Assembly (NCBI GenBank): GCA_033763905.1
Contig: JANRJP010000009.1
Coordinates: forward strand, 31,901-95,900
Length of the DNA: 64,000 nt
Reading direction: 5' to 3'
Source of the DNA: Gemmatimonadaceae bacterium
Lineage (GTDB): Bacteria; Gemmatimonadota; Gemmatimonadetes; Gemmatimonadales; Gemmatimonadaceae
Shown: positions 37,501 through 46,093 of the stretch, piece by piece
Layout of the letters: each line of letters opens with the position of its first letter
Position numbering within the stretch: position 1 is the first letter of the stretch
Notes under the pieces: generated by a model
Databases searched by the model: none
Told to the model about the DNA's origin: nothing
Seen by the model: the letters and a program-made list of their open reading frames with translations, nothing else
Program-made: the position numbers and the translations under genes

Positions 37501-40500
37501 TCACCGGAAATCCCGACTCCGCACCGCCTGCTCCCCCGCCTCGGCCGTGAGCGCGCGAAACGCCTCGGCCCGCACATTCACCACCCGCTGCTCCACCTGC
37601 AGGACCCCACGCACCAGGAGCAGCGGTGATCCGGTAATGAGCAGCGCGTGGCGCTCGAAGCGCTGCGGCGTGATGACGACATTGAGCAGGCCGGTCTCGT
37701 CTTCGAGCGTGAGAAACACGAAGCCCTTGGCGGTGCCGGGCCGTTGGCGGCAGATCACCAGTCCAGCCGCCGCGACCCGTTCGCCATCGCGGCCGTTGGT
37801 CAACAGGTCGGCCGCCGAGCGAATGCCGTTGGGGGCCAGGAGCGGTCGCAGGTGCTGCATCGGGTGTCCCGCCAGCGACACCCCAGTCATTCGGTAGTCG
37901 GCTTCGGTCAGTTCCACCACGCGCATCGGCGGGAGCGCGCCGACGCGCGGCGCGGCGGCCGAGGTGGCCGGCGCCAAGGGGCCGGCAGTGCCGCGACGCG
38001 CGGCGAGCACGGCCCACAGCGCGGCGCGTCGCCGTTCGTCGACTGGCAGATCGGGAAACATCGCATCGAACGCGCCCGCTTCGCCGAGGGCACGGAGCGC
38101 GTCTTCGGGCAGCCACGTGCGGCGCACGACGTCGTCGACGCTCGTGAACGGCCCTTGGGCGCGCGCGGCGGCCAGCGCGTCGCGTGCGCGCGCGCCAAGG
38201 CCTTTCACCAGCCGAAGGCCCAGTCGCACCGCCGGCGCGCTGTGGCGCGGTGCCGCCGGCGCGCTGTGGCGCGGTGCCGCCGGCGCGCTGTGGCGCGGTT
38301 CCGAGGCGCGCGCGTCAGCCCGCGGTTCCAGCGTGTGATCCCAATCGGATACCGTGAGATCCACCGGCCGGACCTCGACGCCGTGGCGTTTGGCGTCTTC
38401 GATCAGCGTGCCCGGCGCGTAGAACCCCATCGGTTGCGAGTTGAGAATCGCGGCGAGGAATTCCGGCGCGTAGTAGTGCCGCAGGTAGGCGCTGGCGTAG
38501 ACGATGAGCGCAAAGCTCGCGGCGTGACTTTCGGGGAAGCCGTAGTCGGCGAAGGCGTTGATCTGGTTGTAGATGCGCTTGGCGACGTCGTCGGGAATGC
38601 CGTTCGCGCGCATCCCGTCGATCATCCGCTGGCAGATGTCGGCCATCCGTTCGCGCGAGCGCTTGTGGCCCATCGCCTTGCGCAGGAGATCGGCTTCGCC
38701 GGGGGTGAAGCCGGCCGCAGCGACGGCGACCTGCATCCCCTGTTCCTGAAACAGCGGAATCCCCAACGTGCGCCGGAGAATCGGCTCCACCGACGGATGC
38801 GGGTAGGTGATCGGTTCTTCGCCATTCTTGCGGCGCAAATATGGATGCACCATTTCGCCCTGAATCGGGCCCGGGCGAATGAGCGCGACTTCCACGACGA
38901 TGTCGTAGAAGCAGCGCGGCTTGAGGCGCGGCAGCGTGTTCATCTGCGCGCGGCTCTCCACCTGAAAGAGGCCCACGGTATCGGCGCGACAGAGATCGTC
39001 GTACACCGCCTGGTCGTCCATATCCAACTGGCCCAGGTCGATCGTGACGCCGCGGACGTCCCGGATGTAGCGCAGACACTTCTGCAGGCAGGTGAGCATC
39101 CCGAGGCCGAGCAGGTCGATCTTCACCAGCCCGACCGGATCGAGATCATCCTTCTCCCACTGGATGACGGTGCGGTCGTCCATCGCGGCCGGTTCGATCG
39201 GCACGACGGTGGCGAGCGGTTCCTTCGTGAGCACGAAGCCACCGACGTGAATGCCGCGATGGCGTGGCGATTGATGCAGCCCGTCGAGCACCTCGGGGAG
39301 CATCCGCACGCGGCGATCGGCGGGATCGAGCCCGATGCGCGCGAGCAGATCGCCCTCGGGGTCCATCGAGTGGTCGGCTTTGCGCGATCCGCGTCGGCTG
39401 CGGGCCACGCCGGCGGCGGCGCGGGCCTGTTCCCGCGCCTCGGCGCGGGCCTCGAGTGCGGCGCCGTCGTGGTCCTTGGTGTAGTTCGCTGGCCCCTGCA
39501 GGGCGTCGCGCGCCGGCGCGAAGGGATCAGCGGCCACGGCGTGGCGGGGCGGTTCGCCCAAGGCCACGCGCAGGGCGTCGGCCGTGGCGCGGGCACTGAA
39601 GCGATCGCTCCAGCGCGCGAGGGCATCGCCCTGCGCCACGGTAAAGCCCAGCGCACGCGCGGCATCGCGCGCCGCGCTCTTGCCGCGCCACGTGATGTGT
39701 TCGCAGACCATCGCCGCGTGTTCGCGACCGTAACGGGCATAGACGTACTGCAGCACCCGCTCGCGCTCTTCGTGGGCGAAGTCGATGTCGATGTCCGGCG
39801 CCTCGCGGCGTTCTTCGCTCAGGAAGCGTTCGAAGAGCAGTTCGAGGCGGATCGGATCGACGGCGGTGATCCCCAGGCAGTAGCAGACGGCGCTGTTCGC
39901 GGCGGAGCCTCGTCCCTGGCACAGGATGCCTTCGCGCCGCGCGAAGCGCACGATGTCCCAGACGATGAGGAAGTAGCCCGAGAACCCCAGCTTCGCGATC
40001 AGCGCGAGTTCGTGTCGCAATTGCGCGTCGTGCTTCGGGCCGCGGCGTGCGGTGCCGGGCGGGCCCCAGCGTTCGTCGGCGCCTTGGGCGACGAGTCGCG
40101 CGAGGTATTCGTCGGCGCTCACGCCGGGCGGCAGCGGAAACGCGGGCAGTTGCGGCTTGAGATCGGCCAGCCGAAAGGCGCAGCGGTCGGCAATCACGCG
40201 GGAGGTGCGCAGGCCGGCGGGATCGTCGCGCCAGCGCCGCGCGAGCTGCGCGCCGCTCTTGAGGTACCACTCGCCGTTGGGCTTGAGTCGTGTGCCCATC
40301 GCGTCGAGCGGGCGGGCGTGGCGCAGGGCGCTGATGACATCGTGGGTGATGCGTGCCGCCGGCTCGGCGTAGTGCACGTCATTGGTGACGACCCAGGGCA
40401 CGTCGAGGGCGCGCGCCAGGCGCAGGAGCTCGGTGACCAGACGGCGTTCTTCGGGAAGCCCGTGATCCCAGACTTCGATCGCGAGGCGACCATCGAAGAG

Positions 40501-40980
40501 ATCGCGCAGTTGCGCGAGCGCCTCGCAGGCGTCGTCCGGCCGCTCGGCGGCGAGCAGCCGCGGAATCCATCCGCGCGGGGATCCGGTGAGCGCGTAGAGG
40601 CCGGCGCTGTGCGCGGCGAGGGTGTCGAGCGTGACGCCGGGCGTGCCGCGTGCCCGGTCGAGTCGCGCGCGCGTGATGAGTTGCGTGAGACTGCCCCAGC
40701 CGGTGCGCGATTCGGCGAGCACGACCAGCGGGCAGATGATCTCGCGGTCGCGATGCGGCGGCGTGATGCGGAGTGATATCTCACCGCCGAGGATTCCCCC
40801 GAGGTTGGCGCCGGCGGCGGCTTGGGCGAAGCGCACGGCGCCGCCGACGTCGTCGCGGTCGGTCAGGGCCAGTGCGGGCATCCCGAGGGCGGTGGCCCGG
40901 GCCACCAGGGCTTCGGGTGAGGATGCCCCGTCGAGCAGGGAGAAGACGGATCGCGTGTGAAGCTCGACGTAATCCCTCAT
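37501..40980 (-). CDS. dnaE2: Error-prone DNA polymerase III alpha paralog DnaE2 (ImuC)
   Basis: PHP 'YVELHTRSVFSLLDGASSPE'; 'QGRGSAANSAVCY'; 'PDIDIDF'; 'KIDLLGLGML'; 'YGFPESHAASF'; C-terminal 'SRDFR' DnaE2 signature. Confidence 0.97.
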   Translation of the reverse strand: MRDYVELHTRSVFSLLDGASSPEALVARATALGMPALALTDRDDVGGAVRFAQAAAGANLGGILGGEISLRITPPHRDREIICPLVVLAESRTGWGSLTQLITRARLDRARGTPGVTLDTLAAHSAGLYALTGSPRGWIPRLLAAERPDDACEALAQLRDLFDGRLAIEVWDHGLPEERRLVTELLRLARALDVPWVVTNDVHYAEPAARITHDVISALRHARPLDAMGTRLKPNGEWYLKSGAQLARRWRDDPAGLRTSRVIADRCAFRLADLKPQLPAFPLPPGVSADEYLARLVAQGADERWGPPGTARRGPKHDAQLRHELALIAKLGFSGYFLIVWDIVRFARREGILCQGRGSAANSAVCYCLGITAVDPIRLELLFERFLSEERREAPDIDIDFAHEERERVLQYVYARYGREHAAMVCEHITWRGKSAARDAARALGFTVAQGDALARWSDRFSARATADALRVALGEPPRHAVAADPFAPARDALQGPANYTKDHDGAALEARAEAREQARAAAGVARSRRGSRKADHSMDPEGDLLARIGLDPADRRVRMLPEVLDGLHQSPRHRGIHVGGFVLTKEPLATVVPIEPAAMDDRTVIQWEKDDLDPVGLVKIDLLGLGMLTCLQKCLRYIRDVRGVTIDLGQLDMDDQAVYDDLCRADTVGLFQVESRAQMNTLPRLKPRCFYDIVVEVALIRPGPIQGEMVHPYLRRKNGEEPITYPHPSVEPILRRTLGIPLFQEQGMQVAVAAAGFTPGEADLLRKAMGHKRSRERMADICQRMIDGMRANGIPDDVAKRIYNQINAFADYGFPESHAASFALIVYASAYLRHYYAPEFLAAILNSQPMGFYAPGTLIEDAKRHGVEVRPVDLTVSDWDHTLEPRADARASEPRHSAPAAPRHSAPAAPRHSAPAVRLGLRLVKGLGARARDALAAARAQGPFTSVDDVVRRTWLPEDALRALGEAGAFDAMFPDLPVDERRRAALWAVLAARRGTAGPLAPATSAAAPRVGALPPMRVVELTEADYRMTGVSLAGHPMQHLRPLLAPNGIRSAADLLTNGRDGERVAAAGLVICRQRPGTAKGFVFLTLEDETGLLNVVITPQRFERHALLITGSPLLLVRGVLQVEQRVVNVRAEAFRALTAEAGEQAVRSRDFR
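38229..38300. repeat. In-frame 24-bp tandem repeat (3 copies) within dnaE2, encoding PRHSAPAA-type units
   Basis: Unit CCGCCGGCGCGCTGTGGCGCGGTG at 38229, 38253 and 38277 (last base differs in copy 3). Confidence 0.9.
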
Positions 40981-41030
40981 CGGCGGCCCCACTCGCGGAA
41001 CAATGCGCCGTTGCCGATGCTTCGATCAGT

Positions 41031-41462
41031 ATGCCCACCAGCCCGTCCCACGATGCCCAAAGCGCCTTGCTCGAGGCGGCCGACCATATGTCGCCGGCCG
41101 ATCTCGACAAACTGCCGTACGGGATGATTCAGCTCGACAGCGCGGGACGCATTCTCAAGTACAACGCGGTGGAATCGCGGCTCGCGTCGCTCGATCAGCA
41201 CCAGCAGATCGGCCGCAACTTCTTCAGTGAAGTGGCGCCGTGCACGAAGGTGCAGGCGTTCTACGGCCGGTTCCGCGAAGGCGTGGTTCGGGAGCAGCTC
41301 GACACCACGTTCACGTTCCACTTCGCGTTCAAGCAGTCGCCGCGGGATGTCACCGTGCGCATGCTCTATTCGCGCCGGACGCGCAGTGTGTGGGTGATGA
41401 TCTCCGATCACGACGGGCGGCCGCTCGTGCAGGACGAGGCCGCGCCGCCGCCCACGGGCTGA
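41031..41462 (+). CDS. pyp: Photoactive yellow protein (xanthopsin; p-coumarate-binding PAS photoreceptor)
   Basis: 'DLDKLPYGMIQLDSAGRILKYNAVE...IGRNFFSEVAPCT...FYGRFREGV...VTVRM...WV' aligns without gaps to H. halophila PYP, with Y42, E46 and C69 conserved. Confidence 0.9.
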   Translation: MPTSPSHDAQSALLEAADHMSPADLDKLPYGMIQLDSAGRILKYNAVESRLASLDQHQQIGRNFFSEVAPCTKVQAFYGRFREGVVREQLDTTFTFHFAFKQSPRDVTVRMLYSRRTRSVWVMISDHDGRPLVQDEAAPPPTG

Positions 41463-41482
41463 GGGGTCGGGACGGCGCATCG

Positions 41483-43150
41483 TCAGTCCACCCATCCCTG
41501 CACGTACCACTGCCGCGTCGTACGGTCGGCGTACACGACATACTCGCGCGCCTCGGGGTCGGCACAGCGCCAGTAGTCGCGGGCGACCGGCGTCTGCCAC
41601 CACGCCCCATCGAGGCGTTCGGGGCCGTGCAAGCGCACGAGCGGAATGCGCCGCGCGCGCCAGCGCAGCACGGTGGGGCGATGGGCGATGGTTTCGACCT
41701 CGGCGGGCTCCGGCGGATCGAGCACGCGGACCGCACGGCCATCGGCGGTCGGGGCGTTCGGCGGCGCTTCGAGCGGCGGTGCCGGCATCGCAGGATCGGC
41801 GTCCACCCACTGCGCGGCGCGTTCGGGGAGATGTGCATCGACGGCGGCCGGGACGACGACGCTCAGGGCGCCAAGCTCGGCGCGCAGTCGGGCGAGCGCC
41901 GCCTCGACGGCGGCGAGATCGCGCCACGACGCATCGAGCAGATCGCCCTGTCGGCCCGCCAACGGTGCCGTCGCGGCAATGCGCACCGTGATCGCCTGGA
42001 CCGGTGCGGGCAGAGCCCAGGCCGCGAGGGCCGCGCGACACTGCTCGAAGAGTGGTGCCGCGCGGCCGACCGGCGCGGCGGGCCGCACCTCGCGGGTGAT
42101 CGTGTGGGCGCCGCCGTCGAGGGTCAGGGTGAGTGTGATCGCCGCGACCGCACGCCCGTCGGTCACGCTCGCGCCGACCAGACGATCGAGTGCGCCGCGC
42201 ACGAGAAAGAGCAGCGGCTCGGTGGTGTCGGTACTGCTGCCCAACTCGGCGTGCACCGTGCGGTCGGCATCGGCGCGCGCGAGATGCGGTCGACGGGGAT
42301 CGTCACCGCGGGCCATTCGCCACGCGGCGAGGCCGTCAGCGCCCCAGCGCTGTTCGACATCGTGCGGATCGAGCGCGGCAAAGCCACCGCCGGTACGAAA
42401 GCCCAGCGCGAGTAGGGATGCGCGAAGCGGCGCCGGCATCGGCAGCAGGGCCAGCGGCACGTTGGCGAGATACTCGGCGTCGTGTCCGGTGGGCAGCACG
42501 AGCGGCTGTCGGCGCGTCTGGCCATCGGTGCGGGTCACGCGGGCGGCGCGTTCGTCCCACGTCGCGGCCCGCGCGGCCACGCACGAATCGGCGATCGCGA
42601 CTCGTGCATCGGGATGCCACGTGCTCGCAATAGCCTGCAGCGCCGCCGCGAGCGCGGCTTCGCCCCCCAACGTGTCGAAGCCGCTGGCACCGATCCACCA
42701 GAGGCCCGGCGCACCGATCAGCGGCGTGACCTGCGGACTCGCCTGCAAAAGCGCCGCACTCGCGCGGGCCACCTCGGCGCGAATCGCGATCGGATCCCAC
42801 GGCCGGATCTCCAGCTCGGCGCAGCGCGCACGGGCGGCTGCGGGCGTCATTCCCGCGCGGACACCGCGCCGCGCCGCCGCCGCACTGACCACGCGCAGCG
42901 TGTTCCCCTCCTGCACGGCGCGCGGGGTGGCGTCCCACTCAGGCGCCGCGTCGGGTGAGGCGGGGCTCGGCGGCGCGACGGCCGCGGCGGATCGGGGGGC
43001 TGTGCCCGCTGTTCGCGGGGCCGGCGCTGCTGGGTTGGCCGGGAGCGTCGGCGTCAGTCCCAGATCCAGCGACAGCTGGCCCACGCGCCACACCGCGCCG
43101 ATCGGGAACCTCGGGATGCGCACACAGGCGATGCGGATCGGGGATGACAC
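41483..43150 (-). CDS. imuB: Inactive Y-family polymerase ImuB
   Basis: 'IACVRIPRF', 'AARRGVRAGMTPAAARARC', clamp-like 'QGDLL' and C-terminal 'GPERLDGAWW...RDYW...WYVQGWVD'. GTG start at 43150 is inferred. Confidence 0.88.
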   Translation of the reverse strand: MSSPIRIACVRIPRFPIGAVWRVGQLSLDLGLTPTLPANPAAPAPRTAGTAPRSAAAVAPPSPASPDAAPEWDATPRAVQEGNTLRVVSAAAARRGVRAGMTPAAARARCAELEIRPWDPIAIRAEVARASAALLQASPQVTPLIGAPGLWWIGASGFDTLGGEAALAAALQAIASTWHPDARVAIADSCVAARAATWDERAARVTRTDGQTRRQPLVLPTGHDAEYLANVPLALLPMPAPLRASLLALGFRTGGGFAALDPHDVEQRWGADGLAAWRMARGDDPRRPHLARADADRTVHAELGSSTDTTEPLLFLVRGALDRLVGASVTDGRAVAAITLTLTLDGGAHTITREVRPAAPVGRAAPLFEQCRAALAAWALPAPVQAITVRIAATAPLAGRQGDLLDASWRDLAAVEAALARLRAELGALSVVVPAAVDAHLPERAAQWVDADPAMPAPPLEAPPNAPTADGRAVRVLDPPEPAEVETIAHRPTVLRWRARRIPLVRLHGPERLDGAWWQTPVARDYWRCADPEAREYVVYADRTTRQWYVQGWVD

Positions 43151-43823
43151 AGCGGAACTCGACAGGACGTGGGGAGGAAGCGCCTTTTTCGACGTGCAGG
43201 AGCACAGCGGCGGAGCGACCGGGTCGGACTCGCAATCGGACGAGGCCGCCGACGCGGGTGGCGGTGTCGTCGTCGCCGGTGACGAGGAGCGCGGCATCGG
43301 CATCGCGCGCGAGCTGGCTCAGACGACCGGCGACCGTGCGCGCGAGTGGCGGCGCGTGATCGAGCACCACCAGCGGAAAGGCTCCACTGCGCAGCAGCAG
43401 ATCGGCGCACCAGGCGGCGGTGGTCGGATCGGGCGGGCGAATGAAAATCAGGCGGCCATCGCGGCGCGCCTGTACCGGGGATCCGGCGAGCGACGCGAAG
43501 TCGCGCGCGTAGAGGGTGCGACTCGCATCCACGATGGCGACCCGGGTGTCGGCGTCGAGCGCGGCGCGGACGATCGCCCGCCAGACGGTGGTGACGCCGG
43601 CGCCGGCGGGCCCGACCAGCGTCGTGATCGCCCCGCGCGGGAGCCCGCCGGCTGCCAGCGCGCGATCGAGTCCCGGCACCCCGGTCGGCAAGACACTCGG
43701 CGCCAGCGACGGAGCCGGGACAATCTTGGCGATCCGGGCCCGCAGGGCGTCCAGCCGCGGGTCCCCCGAAGGACCCCCAGCAGGGGCGGTGGCGGCAGAG
43801 CGAGAGGCGAGGGCGGCGGACAT
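42939..43823 (-). CDS. imuA: RecA-like mutasome protein ImuA
   Basis: 'LPTGVPGLDRALAAGGLPRGAITTLVGPAGAGVTT' (degenerate Walker A) and 'WCADLLLRSGAFPLVVLD'; first gene of the imuA-imuB-dnaE2 order. Confidence 0.88.
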   Translation of the reverse strand: MSAALASRSAATAPAGGPSGDPRLDALRARIAKIVPAPSLAPSVLPTGVPGLDRALAAGGLPRGAITTLVGPAGAGVTTVWRAIVRAALDADTRVAIVDASRTLYARDFASLAGSPVQARRDGRLIFIRPPDPTTAAWCADLLLRSGAFPLVVLDHAPPLARTVAGRLSQLARDADAALLVTGDDDTATRVGGLVRLRVRPGRSAAVLLHVEKGASSPRPVEFRCVIPDPHRLCAHPEVPDRRGVARGPAVAGSGTDADAPGQPSSAGPANSGHSPPIRRGRRAAEPRLTRRGA

Positions 43824-43860
43824 TTCGGGGCGTTCAGAAGTGCCGGAATCGGCAGGGAGT

Positions 43861-43886
43861 GAACGAGTACCGAACAAAACCCGAAG
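43861..43886 (-). promoter_or_regulatory. Putative SOS (LexA) box, GTTC-N7-GTTC type, upstream of imuA
   Basis: The + strand reads GAAC-GAGTACC-GAAC-AAAACCC-GAAG (11-bp periodic direct repeats), 38-63 bp upstream of the imuA ATG. Confidence 0.6.
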
Positions 43887-43940
43887 CCGCAAGCGCTGGG
43901 ACGGCGGCGGGTATCACCCCGCTGTCGGCAGATCTGTGAT

Positions 43941-44879
43941 CTAGACCAGCGGTTGTCCGGTCGGTGGCGTGACGGTGTCGGGACGCCCGTCCACCGCATC
44001 GATGCGCACGTCGTTCTTGCCGTTGCGCTTGACGTCGAACATCAGCGCGTCGGCCTGCCGCACGACATCATCGACCGTGAAGTTGCCTTGCAGGCAGGCC
44101 ACGGCGCCGGCGCTCATCGTGAGTTTCCATCCTTCGCGGGCCATCACGTCGCGCATCCGGGCGAGGGCCTTCCGCAACACGGCTTCGGCGTCGGCAGGAC
44201 CGGTGTCGGTGAGAATCAGGCCGAACTCGTCGCCGCCGAGGCGCGCAATGACATCGGTCCGCCGCAGCGACGTCGAGAGCGTCTGGGCGATCACCATCAG
44301 CGCCCGGTCGCCGATCGCGTGGCCGTACGTGTCGTTAACGGCCTTGAAGCCGTCGGCATCGAGAAACACCACCGTGCACGGACGCTTGTAGCGCCGGACG
44401 CGCAGGAGCTCGGGCTCGAGCAGCTCGCGGAACGCCCGCAGATTGCGGGCACCGGTCAGGGCATCGACGCGCGCCAGTTCTTGCTCACGCGTCAGCGACG
44501 CGCGAAGGGCGTGCAACGTCTTGCGCAGCGTTCCGGCGAGTACCGCACTCGAAATGCCGCTGGCCGAGAACATCACGAGGTTCCAGACCATCGTGATCGC
44601 GTTGGGCGTCTGCGAGCGTCCAGCGATCGCGGCGAGTCCCCAGACGATGCCGGCAATGATGCCGGTGGCCACGCCGAGCGGCCGGCCAGCGTACCACGCG
44701 ACGAACGCCGGCGGCAGCAAATAGAACGCAGCCATCGAGAACATCGCCGAGGCGTTGTCTGCCACGCCGATGGCCACGAGCACGAGCAAGCCGAGCGCGA
44801 GAATGGCGAGCCGCGGCCAGCGGGAAAACAGGCCCTGAGGCGGCGGCGGCGCCAACGGCGGGGCAGGAACGTCGATCAT
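43941..44879 (-). CDS. Membrane-bound diguanylate cyclase
   Basis: About 4 TM helices; 'DALTGARN', 'DADGFKAVNDTYGH', I-site 'RRTD' and an intact 'GGDEF'. Confidence 0.93.
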   Translation of the reverse strand: MIDVPAPPLAPPPPQGLFSRWPRLAILALGLLVLVAIGVADNASAMFSMAAFYLLPPAFVAWYAGRPLGVATGIIAGIVWGLAAIAGRSQTPNAITMVWNLVMFSASGISSAVLAGTLRKTLHALRASLTREQELARVDALTGARNLRAFRELLEPELLRVRRYKRPCTVVFLDADGFKAVNDTYGHAIGDRALMVIAQTLSTSLRRTDVIARLGGDEFGLILTDTGPADAEAVLRKALARMRDVMAREGWKLTMSAGAVACLQGNFTVDDVVRQADALMFDVKRNGKNDVRIDAVDGRPDTVTPPTGQPLV

Positions 44880-44948
44880 CTCGCATAAACTCTCCCGCCG
44901 CGTATGATGTCGCTAGACGTTCACGCCACCGACCCGAGCCTGCCGCGT

Positions 44949-45236
44949 ATGCGCCCGCCCCTGCTCCCTGACGCCGACCTCGACGCCGCCCTCCGCACCC
45001 TTGATGGCTGGCACCGGGCCGGCACGGCCATCACCCGCACGGTGGAGTTCCCGGGCTTCCCCGACGCCATCGCCTTCGTCACGCGCCTGGCCTTCGCCGC
45101 CGAGGCGCTGGACCATCACCCGGATCTCGACATCCGCTACGCCAAGGTCACGGTCACGCTGAGCACCCACTCCGCCGGAGGCGTGACCGCGCTGGATGTG
45201 CAACTGGCGACGACCGTGAACGCGCTAGTGCCGTGA
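44949..45236 (+). CDS. phhB: Pterin-4-alpha-carbinolamine dehydratase
   Basis: 'AEALDHHPDL...LSTHSAGGVTALD'. Confidence 0.92.
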   Translation: MRPPLLPDADLDAALRTLDGWHRAGTAITRTVEFPGFPDAIAFVTRLAFAAEALDHHPDLDIRYAKVTVTLSTHSAGGVTALDVQLATTVNALVP

Positions 45237-45276
45237 GGGGCGCTGACGCGCCGCACGGCACCGTGCGCACCTCGGG

Positions 45277-46089
45277 CTAATTCTTTCGTAACCGCACGTC
45301 ACCGTTCACCGTCTGCAGTTCCAGCCGGTTGCCGCCCTTGCCGAGCGTGGCGTTGATCCGCTTGGGGTTGAGTCGGCCACTGACCGTAAGCGGGAAGTCT
45401 GACGACACGCTGCCGTTCGTCGTCGCCATCCGCAGTTCGGCATCGAGACCGTCGGGGACGGTCAGCGTGATCGAGCCGTTGACCGTCTCGAACTCGAGAT
45501 CATCGGAGAGGCGCGTCCCCATCGTCGCATCGATCCCGCCATTGACCGTGTTTGCCCGGACCGGACCACCGGTGGAGCGGGCCGTCACACTCCCGTTGAC
45601 GGTCTCGGCGTCCACACGACCCGACACGCCGCTCACGTTCACGGAGCCGTTGACGGTCGAACTCCGCACGTTGACGCCGGCGGGGAGCCGGACTTCGAAC
45701 GCCACGCTGACGTCACCCGGGCCGTCCTCGTCGTTCCACGACCAGCGATTCCGCCCGCTGCCGCCGCGGTAGCCGTTTTCGTCGCAACTGGCCTTCTCGT
45801 CCCAGAAGGCGCAGACCAGGACATCCCCGTTCGCCAGCTTCTGCAGCTCCACGCGAACCTTCTCGGGTCGGCCGCGCCGCCAGCGCTTGGTGCCTACCAC
45901 CGAGGCCTTGTCGCCGTCGGCGGGCAGGACGCGAATCTCCCCATTGATGCTACGGATCGCGAGCGTCCGGCCGGCCGCCAGGGTGCCGGACCAGTCGAGC
46001 GCCTGTTCACTCTGCTCGGGCCGCTGCGCCGCGAGCGGCGCCACCATCGTGATCGTGCCGAGCGCCATCGTCAGGATTGCCGTACGCAT
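45277..46089 (-). CDS. DUF4097 family beta-strand repeat secreted protein
   Basis: Signal peptide; repeated 'TVNGSV/TVNGGI/TTNGSV' motifs. Confidence 0.8.
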   Translation of the reverse strand: MRTAILTMALGTITMVAPLAAQRPEQSEQALDWSGTLAAGRTLAIRSINGEIRVLPADGDKASVVGTKRWRRGRPEKVRVELQKLANGDVLVCAFWDEKASCDENGYRGGSGRNRWSWNDEDGPGDVSVAFEVRLPAGVNVRSSTVNGSVNVSGVSGRVDAETVNGSVTARSTGGPVRANTVNGGIDATMGTRLSDDLEFETVNGSITLTVPDGLDAELRMATTNGSVSSDFPLTVSGRLNPKRINATLGKGGNRLELQTVNGDVRLRKN

Positions 46090-46093
46090 GGGA

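Noticed and set aside
38229..38300. Direct repeats considered as a mini-CRISPR
   Set aside because: Tandem repeats with no spacers, in-frame in dnaE2, and no cas genes in the window.
37648..40776. 1042-aa + strand ORF antisense to dnaE2, and similar long shadows such as 57162-60125, 41646-43862 and 48261-50243
   Set aside because: These are antisense or off-frame shadows of well-supported high-GC3 genes with no recognisable domains.
45252..45267. Hairpin CGCACGG-CA-CCGTGCG between convergent genes as a terminator
   Set aside because: 2-nt loop and no U-tract on either strand; insufficient support.
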